Shown: positions 18,576 to 28,516 of the stretch, in pieces
Layout of the letters: every line of letters starts with the position of its first letter
Numbering within the stretch: position 1 is the stretch's first letter
NCBI GenBank assembly: GCA_965657575.1
Contig: CBFHOK010000001.1
Coordinates: forward strand, 68,559-132,558
DNA length: 64,000 nucleotides
Source: Microbacteriaceae bacterium
GTDB taxonomy: Bacteria; Actinomycetota; Actinomycetes; Actinomycetales; Microbacteriaceae
Direction: 5' to 3'
Made by a program: the position numbers and the translations under genes
The notes under the pieces: generated by a model
What the model was told of the DNA's origin: nothing
The model's database searches: none
What the model saw: the letters and a program-made list of their open reading frames with translations, nothing else

Positions 18576-19847
18576 ATGACCACTTTGGGAGAAAGCTCTG
18601 AGCTTTTAAAGTGTTCTTTCTGCGGAAAGAGCCAGAAACAGGTACGAAAGCTAATCGCTGGCGGCGGTGTTTACATATGCGATGAGTGCATTGAGCTTTG
18701 TAATGAAATCATTGAAGAGGAACTTGGCAAGGCCGAAAAACCTCAAGGACTAGAACAAGAGCTTCCGAAACCTAAGGAAATCAAAGAGTTCTTAGATGAG
18801 TACGTCATTGGTCAGGATCAAGCCAAGCGGGCCTTGGCGGTTGCGGTTTATAACCACTATAAGCGTGTCAGAGCTGGTGGAACACTTAGCAGAAGCGGCA
18901 AAAATCGAGACGATGTTGAGATTGCCAAATCGAATATCTTGATGATGGGTCCAACCGGTTGCGGAAAGACCTACCTAGCCCAAACTCTTGCAAAGATGCT
19001 GGATGTTCCCTTCGCGGTTGCCGATGCAACAGCATTGACCGAGGCCGGATATGTGGGTGAGGACGTTGAAAATATCCTTCTGAAGCTTTTGCAAGCAGCT
19101 GATTTTGATGTGAAAAAAGCAGAGATGGGCATTATTTACATCGACGAAATTGACAAGATTTCGAAAAAGAGTGAAAACCCATCGATCACTCGAGATGTTT
19201 CTGGCGAAGGTGTGCAGCAGGCACTGTTGAAAATTTTGGAAGGCAGTGTTGCCTCTGTGCCACCTCAAGGAGGCAGGAAGCACCCGCAGCAAGAATTCAT
19301 TTCGCTTGATACCAAAAACGTGCTGTTCATCGTTGCCGGAGCTTTTGCTGGACTTGACTCGATTGTCGGCGAGAGAGTTGGCAAAAAAGGCATCGGATTT
19401 AATTCGCCTCTAAAGGAAAAAACAGATGAGGCGGAGATTTTCAATCAGGTTCAGCCTGAAGATCTTCGAAAATTTGGTCTGATTCCTGAGTTTATTGGTC
19501 GGCTGCCGGTTGTGACCACAGTCAACCAGCTTGGTAAAGATGCACTGATTTCAATTCTTAGTGAACCGAAGAATGCGCTTACCAAGCAGTATCAAAAGAT
19601 GTTTGAGCTGGACGGATTTGAGCTTGAATTCACCGAGGACGCCTTAGAGCTGATTGCCGAGAAAGCAATCGAGCGTGAAACTGGCGCAAGGGGACTCAGG
19701 GCAATTTTGGAAGAGACGCTCTCTCCTTTGATGTTCGAACTTCCAAGCATGAATGAGCAGGGCAAGGTGATTGTCGATCAATCAGTGGTAAACGGCGAGC
19801 AGCCAAAGGTGATGCCATTTAGCGAGAAAAAGAAATCAGCTAGCTAA
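18576..19847 (+). CDS. clpX: ATP-dependent Clp protease ATP-binding subunit ClpX
   Basis: N-terminal zinc finger (CSFCGKSQ...CDECI), Walker A GPTGCGKT, and the IGF-type loop region. Confidence 0.95.
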   Translation: MTTLGESSELLKCSFCGKSQKQVRKLIAGGGVYICDECIELCNEIIEEELGKAEKPQGLEQELPKPKEIKEFLDEYVIGQDQAKRALAVAVYNHYKRVRAGGTLSRSGKNRDDVEIAKSNILMMGPTGCGKTYLAQTLAKMLDVPFAVADATALTEAGYVGEDVENILLKLLQAADFDVKKAEMGIIYIDEIDKISKKSENPSITRDVSGEGVQQALLKILEGSVASVPPQGGRKHPQQEFISLDTKNVLFIVAGAFAGLDSIVGERVGKKGIGFNSPLKEKTDEAEIFNQVQPEDLRKFGLIPEFIGRLPVVTTVNQLGKDALISILSEPKNALTKQYQKMFELDGFELEFTEDALELIAEKAIERETGARGLRAILEETLSPLMFELPSMNEQGKVIVDQSVVNGEQPKVMPFSEKKKSAS

Positions 19848-22410
19848 AGACAACTGAACCGAGCCCGTATTCTCCCTCGGTTATCTTTAGCTCCTTGATT
19901 CTTCCAACCAGTTTTAGGTCACCAGCAAGATTTTCTGCAAGAGCCAAATCTTCTGCTGGAACACTTAGCTCTGCTGATTCAATCTCTGCTTTCATCGATA
20001 GTTTCTGGTCACTCTTTGTTCTTCTAATCACTGCAAGTGCCGCGGTGAGCACTTCCAAATACTTTTTGTCTCCGATTTCACCAAGCTCGTCAACGGTTGG
20101 CCACTGTGAAACATGCACCGATCCAGACTGCCACCAGCTCCACATCTCCTCGGCGGCAAACGGGATAAATGGAGCAAACAGGCGATTGAGTATTGATAGT
20201 GCAATTCGGAGAGTTATAACAGCCGATTCTCTGTCCTCGGTTGTTCCCGCATAAGCGCGGTCTTTCACGCTTTCCAGGTAATCGTCGGTAAAGGTCCAGA
20301 AAAAGCTCTCAGTAAGCTCGAGGGCTTTTGTGTGGTCGTATTTCTCCAGAGCCTCAGTAGATTTCTCCACTACCTCAGCAAGGGCAGCCAGAAGACCCTT
20401 ATCGAGCTCATGAGTTGGTTTGGCATCAACGCTTGGGAGTTCGAAGTTCAGTGCAAACTTTCCCGCGTTCAAAAGCTTTAGAGCAAGCCTCCGACCGATT
20501 TTCATTTGCCCCTCGTCGAAGGCGGTGTCAGTGCCTAGCCTCGCACTAGCTGCCCAATAGCGAACCCCGTCAGAGCCGTGGTCTTTCAAGAGTTGATCGG
20601 GAACAACAACGTTTCCTTTGCTCTTTGACATCTTTTTACGATCAGGGTCCAAAATCCATCCTGAAATAGCTGCATGTTTCCAGGGCAGGACTTGGTGTTC
20701 AAGCTCTGAGCGGACCAGGGTTGAGAACAGCCAGGTGCGGATGATGTCCTGACCCTGTGGCCGCAGGTCATAGGGGAAGATTTTTTCAAACAGCTCAGGG
20801 TTATCAATCCAACCGGCAGCCAACTGAGGAGTTAGCGAGGAGGTTGCCCAGGTGTCCATAATGTCCTTTTCGCCTTCAAACCCTCCGAGCTTTCCACGCT
20901 GATCTTCGGTGAAACCTTCCGGAACATCACTTGATGGGTCAACTGGAAGCTGGTTAGACGAAGGTGTGATGGGGTTTTCATAATCGGTCTCGCCGGCATC
21001 GTTTATTGGATACCAGACAGGGATGGGGACTCCAAAGAATCTTTGTCTTGAAATCAACCAGTCGCCGTTTAGACCGTTGATCCAATCAGCAAGCCGCACG
21101 CTCATAAAATCCGGGTGGAAATTCAGCTGCTTACCGAGGTCCAAAAGACGCTTCTTGATTTCCTCATCGCGTCCACCGTTTTTGATGTACCACTGCCTAG
21201 TGGAAACAATTTCAAGCGGTTTGTCACCTTTTTCAAAAAACTTGACCTGGTGTGTTATTGGTCGAATATCACCTTTCAGATCACCACTTTCTTGGAGCAT
21301 TTCAACAATTCTCTGCTTCGCGGAGAAGACTGTCTTGCCTGCAAGTTCGGCGAAAAGTTCTTGAGCTTTGGGTGAGTCGAGACCCGCCGGGGGAGTTGAT
21401 TGAACGCGTCCGTCAAAACCGAGTATTGCCCGGTTTGGAAGGTTCAGTTCTCTCCACCAGGTAACGTCATTGACATCTCCGAAAGTACAAATCATTGCAA
21501 TTCCGGTTCCCTTGTCCGGTTGAGCTAGCGGGTGAGCAACAATCGGCACCTCGACATCGAACAGTGGTGTTTTGCAGGTTGTCCCGAAAAGCCCCTGATA
21601 GCGCTCGTCATCGGGGTGGGCTACCAATGCAACACAGGCAGGTAGTAATTCAGGTCGTGTTGTGTCGATCAGAATATCGCCATCAGGTCCGTGGAAAGCG
21701 AGCTGGTGGTAAGCACTCGGTTGTTCTCTGTCCTCAAGCTCGGCTTGGGCAACAGCGGTTCTAAAGGTCACATCCCAAAGGGTTGGAGCCATTGAGATAT
21801 AGGCTTCGCCGCGCTCAAGGTTTTTCAAAAATGCAAGCTGCGAGGTTGCCTGGGCCTTATCCGAGATAGTTCGATAGCTTTCTTTCCAGTCAACACTCAG
21901 GCCCAAGTTGCGCCACAGATTTTCAAATGTCTGCTCATCTTCCTCGGTTAGCGCCTCACAGAGTTCGATGAAGTTTTTTCTGCTGATTGGAAGTTGATCT
22001 TGAGGCTTCGAGCTTTTGTTGCTTCCACCGGTAATGGGTGGAGTGAAATCGTTTTCATAAGGAAGAGTCGGTTCACACCTAACCCCGTAATAGTTCTGAA
22101 CTCTTCTCTCAGTTGGCAGCCCATTGTCATCCCAGCCCATTGGGTAGAACACCTTTTTGCCTATCATTCGGCGGTGTCTGGCGATTATGTCCGTGTGGGT
22201 GTAGCTAAACACGTGTCCCACGTGCAGACTGCCGCTGGCGGTGGGCGGAGGAGTGTCAATTGAGTAAATCTCTGCTCGTGAGGAGTTGTGGTCAAAACGA
22301 TAGACTTCTTCCTCATTCCAAAATTCGTTCCATTTTTGCTCGAGACCCTCCAGGGCAGCTTTTTCTGGAGTGCTGGCAGGATTTAGCGGATTAGGCTTGA
22401 CTGATGACAA
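19840..22410 (-). CDS. valS: Valine--tRNA ligase
   Basis: Class I HIGH (HVGH) and KMSKS (KMSKSKGN) motifs; 856 aa, ValS-like throughout. TTG start. Confidence 0.92.
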   Translation of the reverse strand: MSSVKPNPLNPASTPEKAALEGLEQKWNEFWNEEEVYRFDHNSSRAEIYSIDTPPPTASGSLHVGHVFSYTHTDIIARHRRMIGKKVFYPMGWDDNGLPTERRVQNYYGVRCEPTLPYENDFTPPITGGSNKSSKPQDQLPISRKNFIELCEALTEEDEQTFENLWRNLGLSVDWKESYRTISDKAQATSQLAFLKNLERGEAYISMAPTLWDVTFRTAVAQAELEDREQPSAYHQLAFHGPDGDILIDTTRPELLPACVALVAHPDDERYQGLFGTTCKTPLFDVEVPIVAHPLAQPDKGTGIAMICTFGDVNDVTWWRELNLPNRAILGFDGRVQSTPPAGLDSPKAQELFAELAGKTVFSAKQRIVEMLQESGDLKGDIRPITHQVKFFEKGDKPLEIVSTRQWYIKNGGRDEEIKKRLLDLGKQLNFHPDFMSVRLADWINGLNGDWLISRQRFFGVPIPVWYPINDAGETDYENPITPSSNQLPVDPSSDVPEGFTEDQRGKLGGFEGEKDIMDTWATSSLTPQLAAGWIDNPELFEKIFPYDLRPQGQDIIRTWLFSTLVRSELEHQVLPWKHAAISGWILDPDRKKMSKSKGNVVVPDQLLKDHGSDGVRYWAASARLGTDTAFDEGQMKIGRRLALKLLNAGKFALNFELPSVDAKPTHELDKGLLAALAEVVEKSTEALEKYDHTKALELTESFFWTFTDDYLESVKDRAYAGTTEDRESAVITLRIALSILNRLFAPFIPFAAEEMWSWWQSGSVHVSQWPTVDELGEIGDKKYLEVLTAALAVIRRTKSDQKLSMKAEIESAELSVPAEDLALAENLAGDLKLVGRIKELKITEGEYGLGSVVFS

Positions 22411-22469
22411 GAGATCTCCCTTTCAAAGGTTCTCTAAGATTAACAGTGTTATTTTGGCAGATTTAGAAA

Positions 22470-25400
22470 GTGCAAATGTACCCAAGGAACAATCAGCAGA
22501 AATCCGGCATTGATGCAAGCCCATCTTTTCCAAAGATTGAGAACCGAGTTTTGGAGTTTTGGAGCAAGGACGACACCTTCCAATACTCAATAGATCAGAG
22601 GATTGAAGAGGAAGCGGAAGAGTTTGTTTTCTATGACGGGCCTCCTTTTGCAAACGGCCTCCCTCACTACGGACACCTGCTAACCGGGTACGTAAAAGAT
22701 TTTGTCCCCAGGTTTCAAACCATGCGAGGACATCGTGTGGAGCGGAGGTTTGGTTGGGACACTCACGGATTGCCAGCAGAGGTTGAAGCCGAAAGACTTT
22801 TGGGAATCAGTGGTCGACCAGAGATTGAAAACTACGGTGTAAAAAAATTCAATGAGTTTTGTAAAACATCAGTTTTGAAATACACCGAGGACTGGCGCAG
22901 CTACGTTACCCGCCAGGCGCGCTGGGTGGATTTTGATAACGACTACAAAACCTTGGACAAAAACTACACCGAGAGTGTTTTGTGGGCGTTTAAGGAACTT
23001 CATAACAAGGGACTGGTTTATGAGGGCTTCAAGGTCCTGGCTTATTGCTGGAGGTGTGAGACACCGCTTAGCAACCATGAGCTCAGAATGGACGATGAGG
23101 TTTATCGCCCCCGTCAGGATCAGGCTGTCACGGTAACTTTCCCGATTACAACCGAGGGCGAATTCAAGGGTGTAAACCTTTTGGCATGGACAACAACTCC
23201 TTGGACACTTCCAACCAACTTCGCCGTGGCCGTGGGACCGGAAATTGAATACTCAGTAATTGAGGCAAACGGTAAACAGTTTTTGATTGCGAGTAGTCTC
23301 AAGGGTCAATATTTGAAGGAATTCGGTGTCGAGTCCGAGGATGAGTTGACCGTTGTCAAAACAGTTAGCGGGGCTGACTTGGCAGGTCTGAGATACCAGC
23401 CTGTTTTTGATTACTACACAACCGGCTTTGAAACAGAAAACGCCTGGCAGATTTTGGTGGGTGACTATGTAAGTGCTGATGAGGGAACTGGAATTGTTCA
23501 CCAGGCACCGGCTTATGGTGAGGATGACCAGGCGCTGTGTAATGAAGCTGGCATTCCAACCTATGTCAGCGTCAACGAGCGCGGTGAGTTCAATTCACTC
23601 ATTAGTGATTTCGAAGGCATGCACGTGTTCGATGCAAATAAACCGATCACTCAGAAATTGAAGGATTCGGGCAGGTTGTTCAGGCAGGCAAGCTATGACC
23701 ACCCATACCCTCACTGCTACCGATGCAAAAACCCTTTGATTTACAAGGCTGTTTCTTCTTGGTTTGTTGAGACCACCAAGATCAAAGATCGGATGCTTGA
23801 GCTAAATCAGGAAATCAACTGGGTTCCCAATCACACCAAGGATGGTTCGTTTGGCAAGTGGCTAGAAAACGTTCGTGACTGGGCTATTAGCCGAAATAGA
23901 TTCTGGGGAGCTCCCATTCCAGTTTGGAAATCTGACGACCCCAACTATCCACGAATCGACGTCTATGGCTCACTCGAGGAGCTAGAGCGAGACTTTGGAA
24001 AAGCGCCGAGTGATTTCCACAGACCTGAAATTGATGAGCTTGTCAGGCCAAATCCAGATGACCCAACCGGCAAGTCAATGATGAGACGTGTTCCAGAAGT
24101 TTTGGATTGCTGGTTTGAATCAGGTTCGATGCCGTTTGCTCAGGTTCACTACCCATTTGAAAACACCGAATGGTTCGAGACCCATTTCCCGGGTGATTTC
24201 ATCGTGGAATACGTTGGTCAAACTAGGGGCTGGTTCTATACTCTGCACGTCCTTGCCACGGCATTGTTTGACAAGCCGGCTTTCAAAAACGCCGTAAGCC
24301 ACGGAATTGTGCTTGGCGATGACGGGCAGAAGATGAGTAAGTCACTCAGGAACTATCCAGATGTGCAAGAGGTGTTTGAACGAGACGGTTCTGATGCAAT
24401 GCGTTGGTTTTTGATGAGCTCAACAATCCTTCGCGGTGGCAACCTGTCTGTCTCTGAAGCGGGTATTCGCGAAGCCGTTAGACAGTTCATGCTTCCGCTA
24501 TGGAATAGCTATTACTTCTTTACCCTCTATGCCAATGCCAACAACTATCAGGCAAGTTATTCGACCTCGTCCGAGCAGATTCTCGATCGATATCTGTTTG
24601 GAAAGTTGAATCAGTTAGTTTCTGAGTTGACTGACGCGATGGAGAATTTTGACAGCTATCGCGCGACCAACCTGCTACGAGATTTCGGTGAGGTTCTAAC
24701 CAACTGGTTCATCCGTCGCTCCAGAGATAGGTTCTGGGAGGGTGATGAGGATGCTCAGGACACCTTGTATACGGTAATGGAGACCCTTTCCAGGCTGACT
24801 GCACCTATGCTACCGATGCTCAGCGAGGATATCTGGCAGGGATTGACCGGCGGTCGTAGCGTTCACCTCACAAACTGGCCAAAGCCTGAAGAGTTTCCTT
24901 TTGACGCAAAGCTGGTTCAGTCAATGGATGAAATCCGAGACATTGCAAGTGTTGGCCTAGCTCTTCGCAAGCAGTCTGGGCTAAGGGTTAGGTTGCCTCT
25001 TAGATCAGCTGTGATTGCTAGCAATAACGTTGAGGGGATCAAGCCTTTTGTTGACCTAATTCAAGAGGAGCTCAATCTCAAAAACGTTGAACTAGTTCCG
25101 ATGAGTGAAGACACCGCAGTTCGATTTGGACTTGTGAAGCAATTGAACGTAAATGCCAGAGCACTGGGACCTCGAATTGGCTCTCAGGTGCAACAGGTTA
25201 TTGCAGCGAGCAAGAATGGCGATTGGTCAGATGAGTCGGGCACGGTTATTGCAGGCGGAATTGAGCTTCTGCCAGAGGAATATGAGATGAAACTCGCTGG
25301 CGGGGATGACAACTCAGCGATTGGGATTCTTCCGGAGGGATTTTTGATTTTAGACACCGAGCTGGATGAATCTTTGCAGGCAGAGGGAATGGCCAGAGAT

Positions 25401-25631
25401 GCCATTCGTCACATTCAGCAGGCGAGAAAAGACGCTGGGTTGGATGTCTCAGACCGCATCTCTTTAGATCTTCAGGCAACTTCCGGTGCTTTGAGTGCTT
25501 TGGAGCAATATCAGGAGTTGATTATGCATGAAACTCTGGCAAGGCAAATTTCAATAGACACCTCCAGCGATGGGGAACTGGCAGTTGGAGACGCGGAAAA
25601 AATTAAAGTGAAATTGGAAAAACTTGACTGA
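22470..25631 (+). CDS. ileS: Isoleucine--tRNA ligase (type 2)
   Basis: PPFANGLPHYGHLLTGYVKD and KMSKSLRN; 1053 aa. The start is either GTG 22470 or ATG 22476. Confidence 0.93.
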   Translation: MQMYPRNNQQKSGIDASPSFPKIENRVLEFWSKDDTFQYSIDQRIEEEAEEFVFYDGPPFANGLPHYGHLLTGYVKDFVPRFQTMRGHRVERRFGWDTHGLPAEVEAERLLGISGRPEIENYGVKKFNEFCKTSVLKYTEDWRSYVTRQARWVDFDNDYKTLDKNYTESVLWAFKELHNKGLVYEGFKVLAYCWRCETPLSNHELRMDDEVYRPRQDQAVTVTFPITTEGEFKGVNLLAWTTTPWTLPTNFAVAVGPEIEYSVIEANGKQFLIASSLKGQYLKEFGVESEDELTVVKTVSGADLAGLRYQPVFDYYTTGFETENAWQILVGDYVSADEGTGIVHQAPAYGEDDQALCNEAGIPTYVSVNERGEFNSLISDFEGMHVFDANKPITQKLKDSGRLFRQASYDHPYPHCYRCKNPLIYKAVSSWFVETTKIKDRMLELNQEINWVPNHTKDGSFGKWLENVRDWAISRNRFWGAPIPVWKSDDPNYPRIDVYGSLEELERDFGKAPSDFHRPEIDELVRPNPDDPTGKSMMRRVPEVLDCWFESGSMPFAQVHYPFENTEWFETHFPGDFIVEYVGQTRGWFYTLHVLATALFDKPAFKNAVSHGIVLGDDGQKMSKSLRNYPDVQEVFERDGSDAMRWFLMSSTILRGGNLSVSEAGIREAVRQFMLPLWNSYYFFTLYANANNYQASYSTSSEQILDRYLFGKLNQLVSELTDAMENFDSYRATNLLRDFGEVLTNWFIRRSRDRFWEGDEDAQDTLYTVMETLSRLTAPMLPMLSEDIWQGLTGGRSVHLTNWPKPEEFPFDAKLVQSMDEIRDIASVGLALRKQSGLRVRLPLRSAVIASNNVEGIKPFVDLIQEELNLKNVELVPMSEDTAVRFGLVKQLNVNARALGPRIGSQVQQVIAASKNGDWSDESGTVIAGGIELLPEEYEMKLAGGDDNSAIGILPEGFLILDTELDESLQAEGMARDAIRHIQQARKDAGLDVSDRISLDLQATSGALSALEQYQELIMHETLARQISIDTSSDGELAVGDAEKIKVKLEKLD

Positions 25632-26961
25632 CTCCGATTTTCAAAGAGCCCACCAGGAAATTCTTTCCAGAGTGGGGGAGGCGAAACCAACTCCTGATTT
25701 ATATCCAATGCAGCTTGCTGTTGAGCTATTGGGAGACCCGCATTTAGCTTTTCCTGTTATCCACATAACTGGAACAAATGGAAAAACATCAACAGCCAGG
25801 ATTATCGAGCGAATACTCAGGGAGCATGGGCTAAGAACAGGTCGTTACACATCACCGCACCTGGTTGATGTAAATGAGCGGATTGCGATTGATGGCGAAC
25901 CGTTGGAGAGTGAGCTATTTGCAGAATACTGGGATCAGATATCGCCGATTCTAGATTTAGCGGATTCCAAGCTTCAGGACATGGATAAGCCGAAGATTAC
26001 CTATTTTGAAGCGATGACACTCTTGGCCTTTCAGGCCTTTGCGGACTCTCCGGTGGATGTTGCAGTCATCGAAGTTGGGATGGGCGGTGAGTGGGATGCA
26101 ACCAATGTCGTGAACGCCCAGGTTGCGGTTTTTTCTCAAATTGCCCTCGATCACACAAAACAGCTTGGTAAAACAGTTAGCGAGGTAGCAAAGACCAAAT
26201 CTGGCATCATCAAACCTGAATCGATAGTTGTCACTCAGCAACAAAAGCCAGAGGCAGAGTTTCAGTTGAGAAATAAGCTTTTGGACGGTCAAAAAATGCT
26301 GGTTGAAAACACAGATTTTAGACTTGTCTCGCACAGACCTGAAAATGGCGGTTATCGCTTTTCGTTTGAGACCCAGTTGGTTGGCTATCAAAACCTTTTT
26401 CTGCCTTTAGCTGGCGAGTATCAGTTGAGAAATGCCATGTTGGCTGCAAGTGCTTGTGAGGCATTTCTTGGCGGTGGCCAGGTGGCTATTTCAGAGCCAA
26501 TTCTTCACAGCGCTTTGGCCGATGCCACCAGTCCCGGAAGGCTGCAGGTAATTAGCAAATCTCCAATGACAATTCTGGATGCCGCTCATAACCCGGCTGG
26601 AGCGCAATCGTTGGTTGACTCCCTAAAGCATTTCTTCGAAATCGAATCATGTGTCTTGGTTATGGGGACGATGGCCGATAAAGATTACGAACAAATGTTG
26701 GAAATCCTGAAACCAATCACCGCTCAACTTGTGATTACCCAGGCACAAACAGAACGCTCGGCAGAAACCTCGGCTCTCGCTGCAGCGGCTGAGAAGCTGG
26801 AAATTGAGTTTGAGGAGATTGAAAGCGTTGAATTGGCGCTTGAATACGCCACCGATATAGCCTTGGACAGAGATCTTCCGATTGTTGTTACTGGCAGTAT
26901 TTTGCTAATTGGTGAGATTATCAAACAAGAGCGGATGGAGGCTGAGATTGAAAAAGACTAG
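25624..26961 (+). CDS. folC: Bifunctional folylpolyglutamate synthase / dihydrofolate synthase
   Basis: Mur-ligase P-loop IHITGTNGKTST and overall FolC-like sequence. TTG start overlapping the ileS stop. Confidence 0.88.
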   Translation: MTDSDFQRAHQEILSRVGEAKPTPDLYPMQLAVELLGDPHLAFPVIHITGTNGKTSTARIIERILREHGLRTGRYTSPHLVDVNERIAIDGEPLESELFAEYWDQISPILDLADSKLQDMDKPKITYFEAMTLLAFQAFADSPVDVAVIEVGMGGEWDATNVVNAQVAVFSQIALDHTKQLGKTVSEVAKTKSGIIKPESIVVTQQQKPEAEFQLRNKLLDGQKMLVENTDFRLVSHRPENGGYRFSFETQLVGYQNLFLPLAGEYQLRNAMLAASACEAFLGGGQVAISEPILHSALADATSPGRLQVISKSPMTILDAAHNPAGAQSLVDSLKHFFEIESCVLVMGTMADKDYEQMLEILKPITAQLVITQAQTERSAETSALAAAAEKLEIEFEEIESVELALEYATDIALDRDLPIVVTGSILLIGEIIKQERMEAEIEKD

Positions 26962-27313
26962 ATCGACCCAGAGAACCCTCGGCAGTATTCTGCTTGTATT
27001 TGAGGCTTTTGTGGTCTTTTTCGCAACCCTTGTTGCCTTTGGTCTTGAATTGGCGCCAGCTGAGTGGGTGTGGGGGATTGGTATCACGATCTCGCTAATC
27101 ATGATGGTCACCCCAGCTATTTTGGGAAAGCCCGGTGGCTATATTTTCGGGTCACTTATGCAGGTGCTTTTGATCGTTAGCGGATTTTGGATTTGGGGCA
27201 TGTTCTTCGTTGGAGCGCTTTTCGCTGGACTTTGGATATGGATGATGATTGCTGGAAGAGCAGTCGATAAAGCCCGTGAGAATTACCTAAAGCAAATGGA
27301 AGAGGAGAGCTGA
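26948..27313 (+). CDS. DUF4233-like small membrane protein
   Basis: Hydrophobic protein in the conserved actinobacterial slot between folC and ndk. I moved the start to TTG 26948, 6 nt after GGAGG (26937-26941); the track ORF starts at 26909. Confidence 0.65.
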   Translation: MKKTRSTQRTLGSILLVFEAFVVFFATLVAFGLELAPAEWVWGIGITISLIMMVTPAILGKPGGYIFGSLMQVLLIVSGFWIWGMFFVGALFAGLWIWMMIAGRAVDKARENYLKQMEEES

Positions 27314-27314
27314 G

Positions 27315-27725
27315 ATGCAATCAACTTTGGTTCTAATAAAACCCGATGGAGTGAAAAGAAACCTAATTGGTGAAATCCTCAGAAGGTGTGAGGCTAAAGG
27401 CTATGTGATTGATGACCTCAAGCTTTTTCAACCCTCCAGGGAGTTATTGGAAGAGCATTACGCAGAGCACCAGGGAAAGCCATTTTTTGAGCCTCTTATT
27501 GATTTCATGCTGAGTGGTCCAACTCTGGCATGCAAGCTCTCAGGGGACAGGGTCATAGAAGGGTTCCGCTCAATTGCGGGGACTACTGATCCGACAACCG
27601 CTGCGGCGGGCACAATACGCGGAGACCTGGCAAGGGACTGGGGTTTAAAGGTTCAGCAGAATTTGGTTCATGGATCTGATTCTGAAGAGTCAGCGGAGCG
27701 TGAGCTGAAAATCTGGTTTGGTTAG
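27315..27725 (+). CDS. ndk: Nucleoside-diphosphate kinase
   Basis: TLVLIKPDGV..., NLVHGSDS active-site His context. Confidence 0.93.
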   Translation: MQSTLVLIKPDGVKRNLIGEILRRCEAKGYVIDDLKLFQPSRELLEEHYAEHQGKPFFEPLIDFMLSGPTLACKLSGDRVIEGFRSIAGTTDPTTAAAGTIRGDLARDWGLKVQQNLVHGSDSEESAERELKIWFG

Positions 27726-28333
27726 AAAAGACTCGGCCACAAATCCCAATAGACAACCAGAATTACCAGTGATATCGCCACGTAGGTCGCTACTGTTGCA
27801 ACCCAGTTCCACTCGTAAATGAGTTCACCGGTGCCGGTGAGCTTTTCTCCTAGGCCACCTTTTGCAAGAACTAGACCAGCATTCATCCACAACAGCGGAA
27901 TCATTGCAATCCAGGCAACCATGCAATAAGGGCAAAGAGCTCCAATAACAAAAACACTTTGACTAAACAGCCATAAAACAAAGACGAAACCTAAAACGTT
28001 TCCAATCAGGTATGCATTCCAGAACCAGTTTTTGAACTCGGCTCCGGCCAAGATTGCAAAACCAATCAGAATTGGCGCGAAAAAACTGGCAAGACCAATC
28101 AAGGGATTTGGAAAGCCAAACAGCGAAGCTTGCTCGGTGAGCATTACGGATTTACATGAGATAAAAGGAGAAACATCACAGCCCAGCGTTGCTTCAGGAT
28201 TTTCAGCCACTCTAATTCGTTCGATTGTCAATGCAAGTGATGCAATCCATCCGACAACCCCGAACAATATCGAGGTCAGAGCGTAGATAACCCCTGGCTT
28301 CACGGTGGTTTTCGTCTCAATTGTTTCACTCAC
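27722..28333 (-). CDS. Vitamin K epoxide reductase (VKOR) family protein
   Basis: Polytopic, with a loop Cys pair (CDVSPFISC) and a CPYC redox motif in a TM helix. Confidence 0.8.
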   Translation of the reverse strand: MSETIETKTTVKPGVIYALTSILFGVVGWIASLALTIERIRVAENPEATLGCDVSPFISCKSVMLTEQASLFGFPNPLIGLASFFAPILIGFAILAGAEFKNWFWNAYLIGNVLGFVFVLWLFSQSVFVIGALCPYCMVAWIAMIPLLWMNAGLVLAKGGLGEKLTGTGELIYEWNWVATVATYVAISLVILVVYWDLWPSLF

Positions 28334-28516
28334 TGGGCAAGTATCTCATTTCTGGGCTGTTTTTGATAAGCTAAGGATAGGTGTAACCACAGGTGCACCG
28401 AAGATTTTTGCGGAATTTTAAGCCAGATAAAGGGCCACCGTGATTAGCGCGAAGACGCGCAAGAGTTGAGATTTGACGCCGAGACAGGCTGTGGACGAAT
28501 CGGCACAGGAGCCAAA

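Noticed and set aside
22250-22475. T-box riboswitch upstream of ileS
   Set aside because: The spacer is only about 60 nt, and I saw no conserved T-box sequence or specifier-type structure. This is reported as an absence rather than as a feature.
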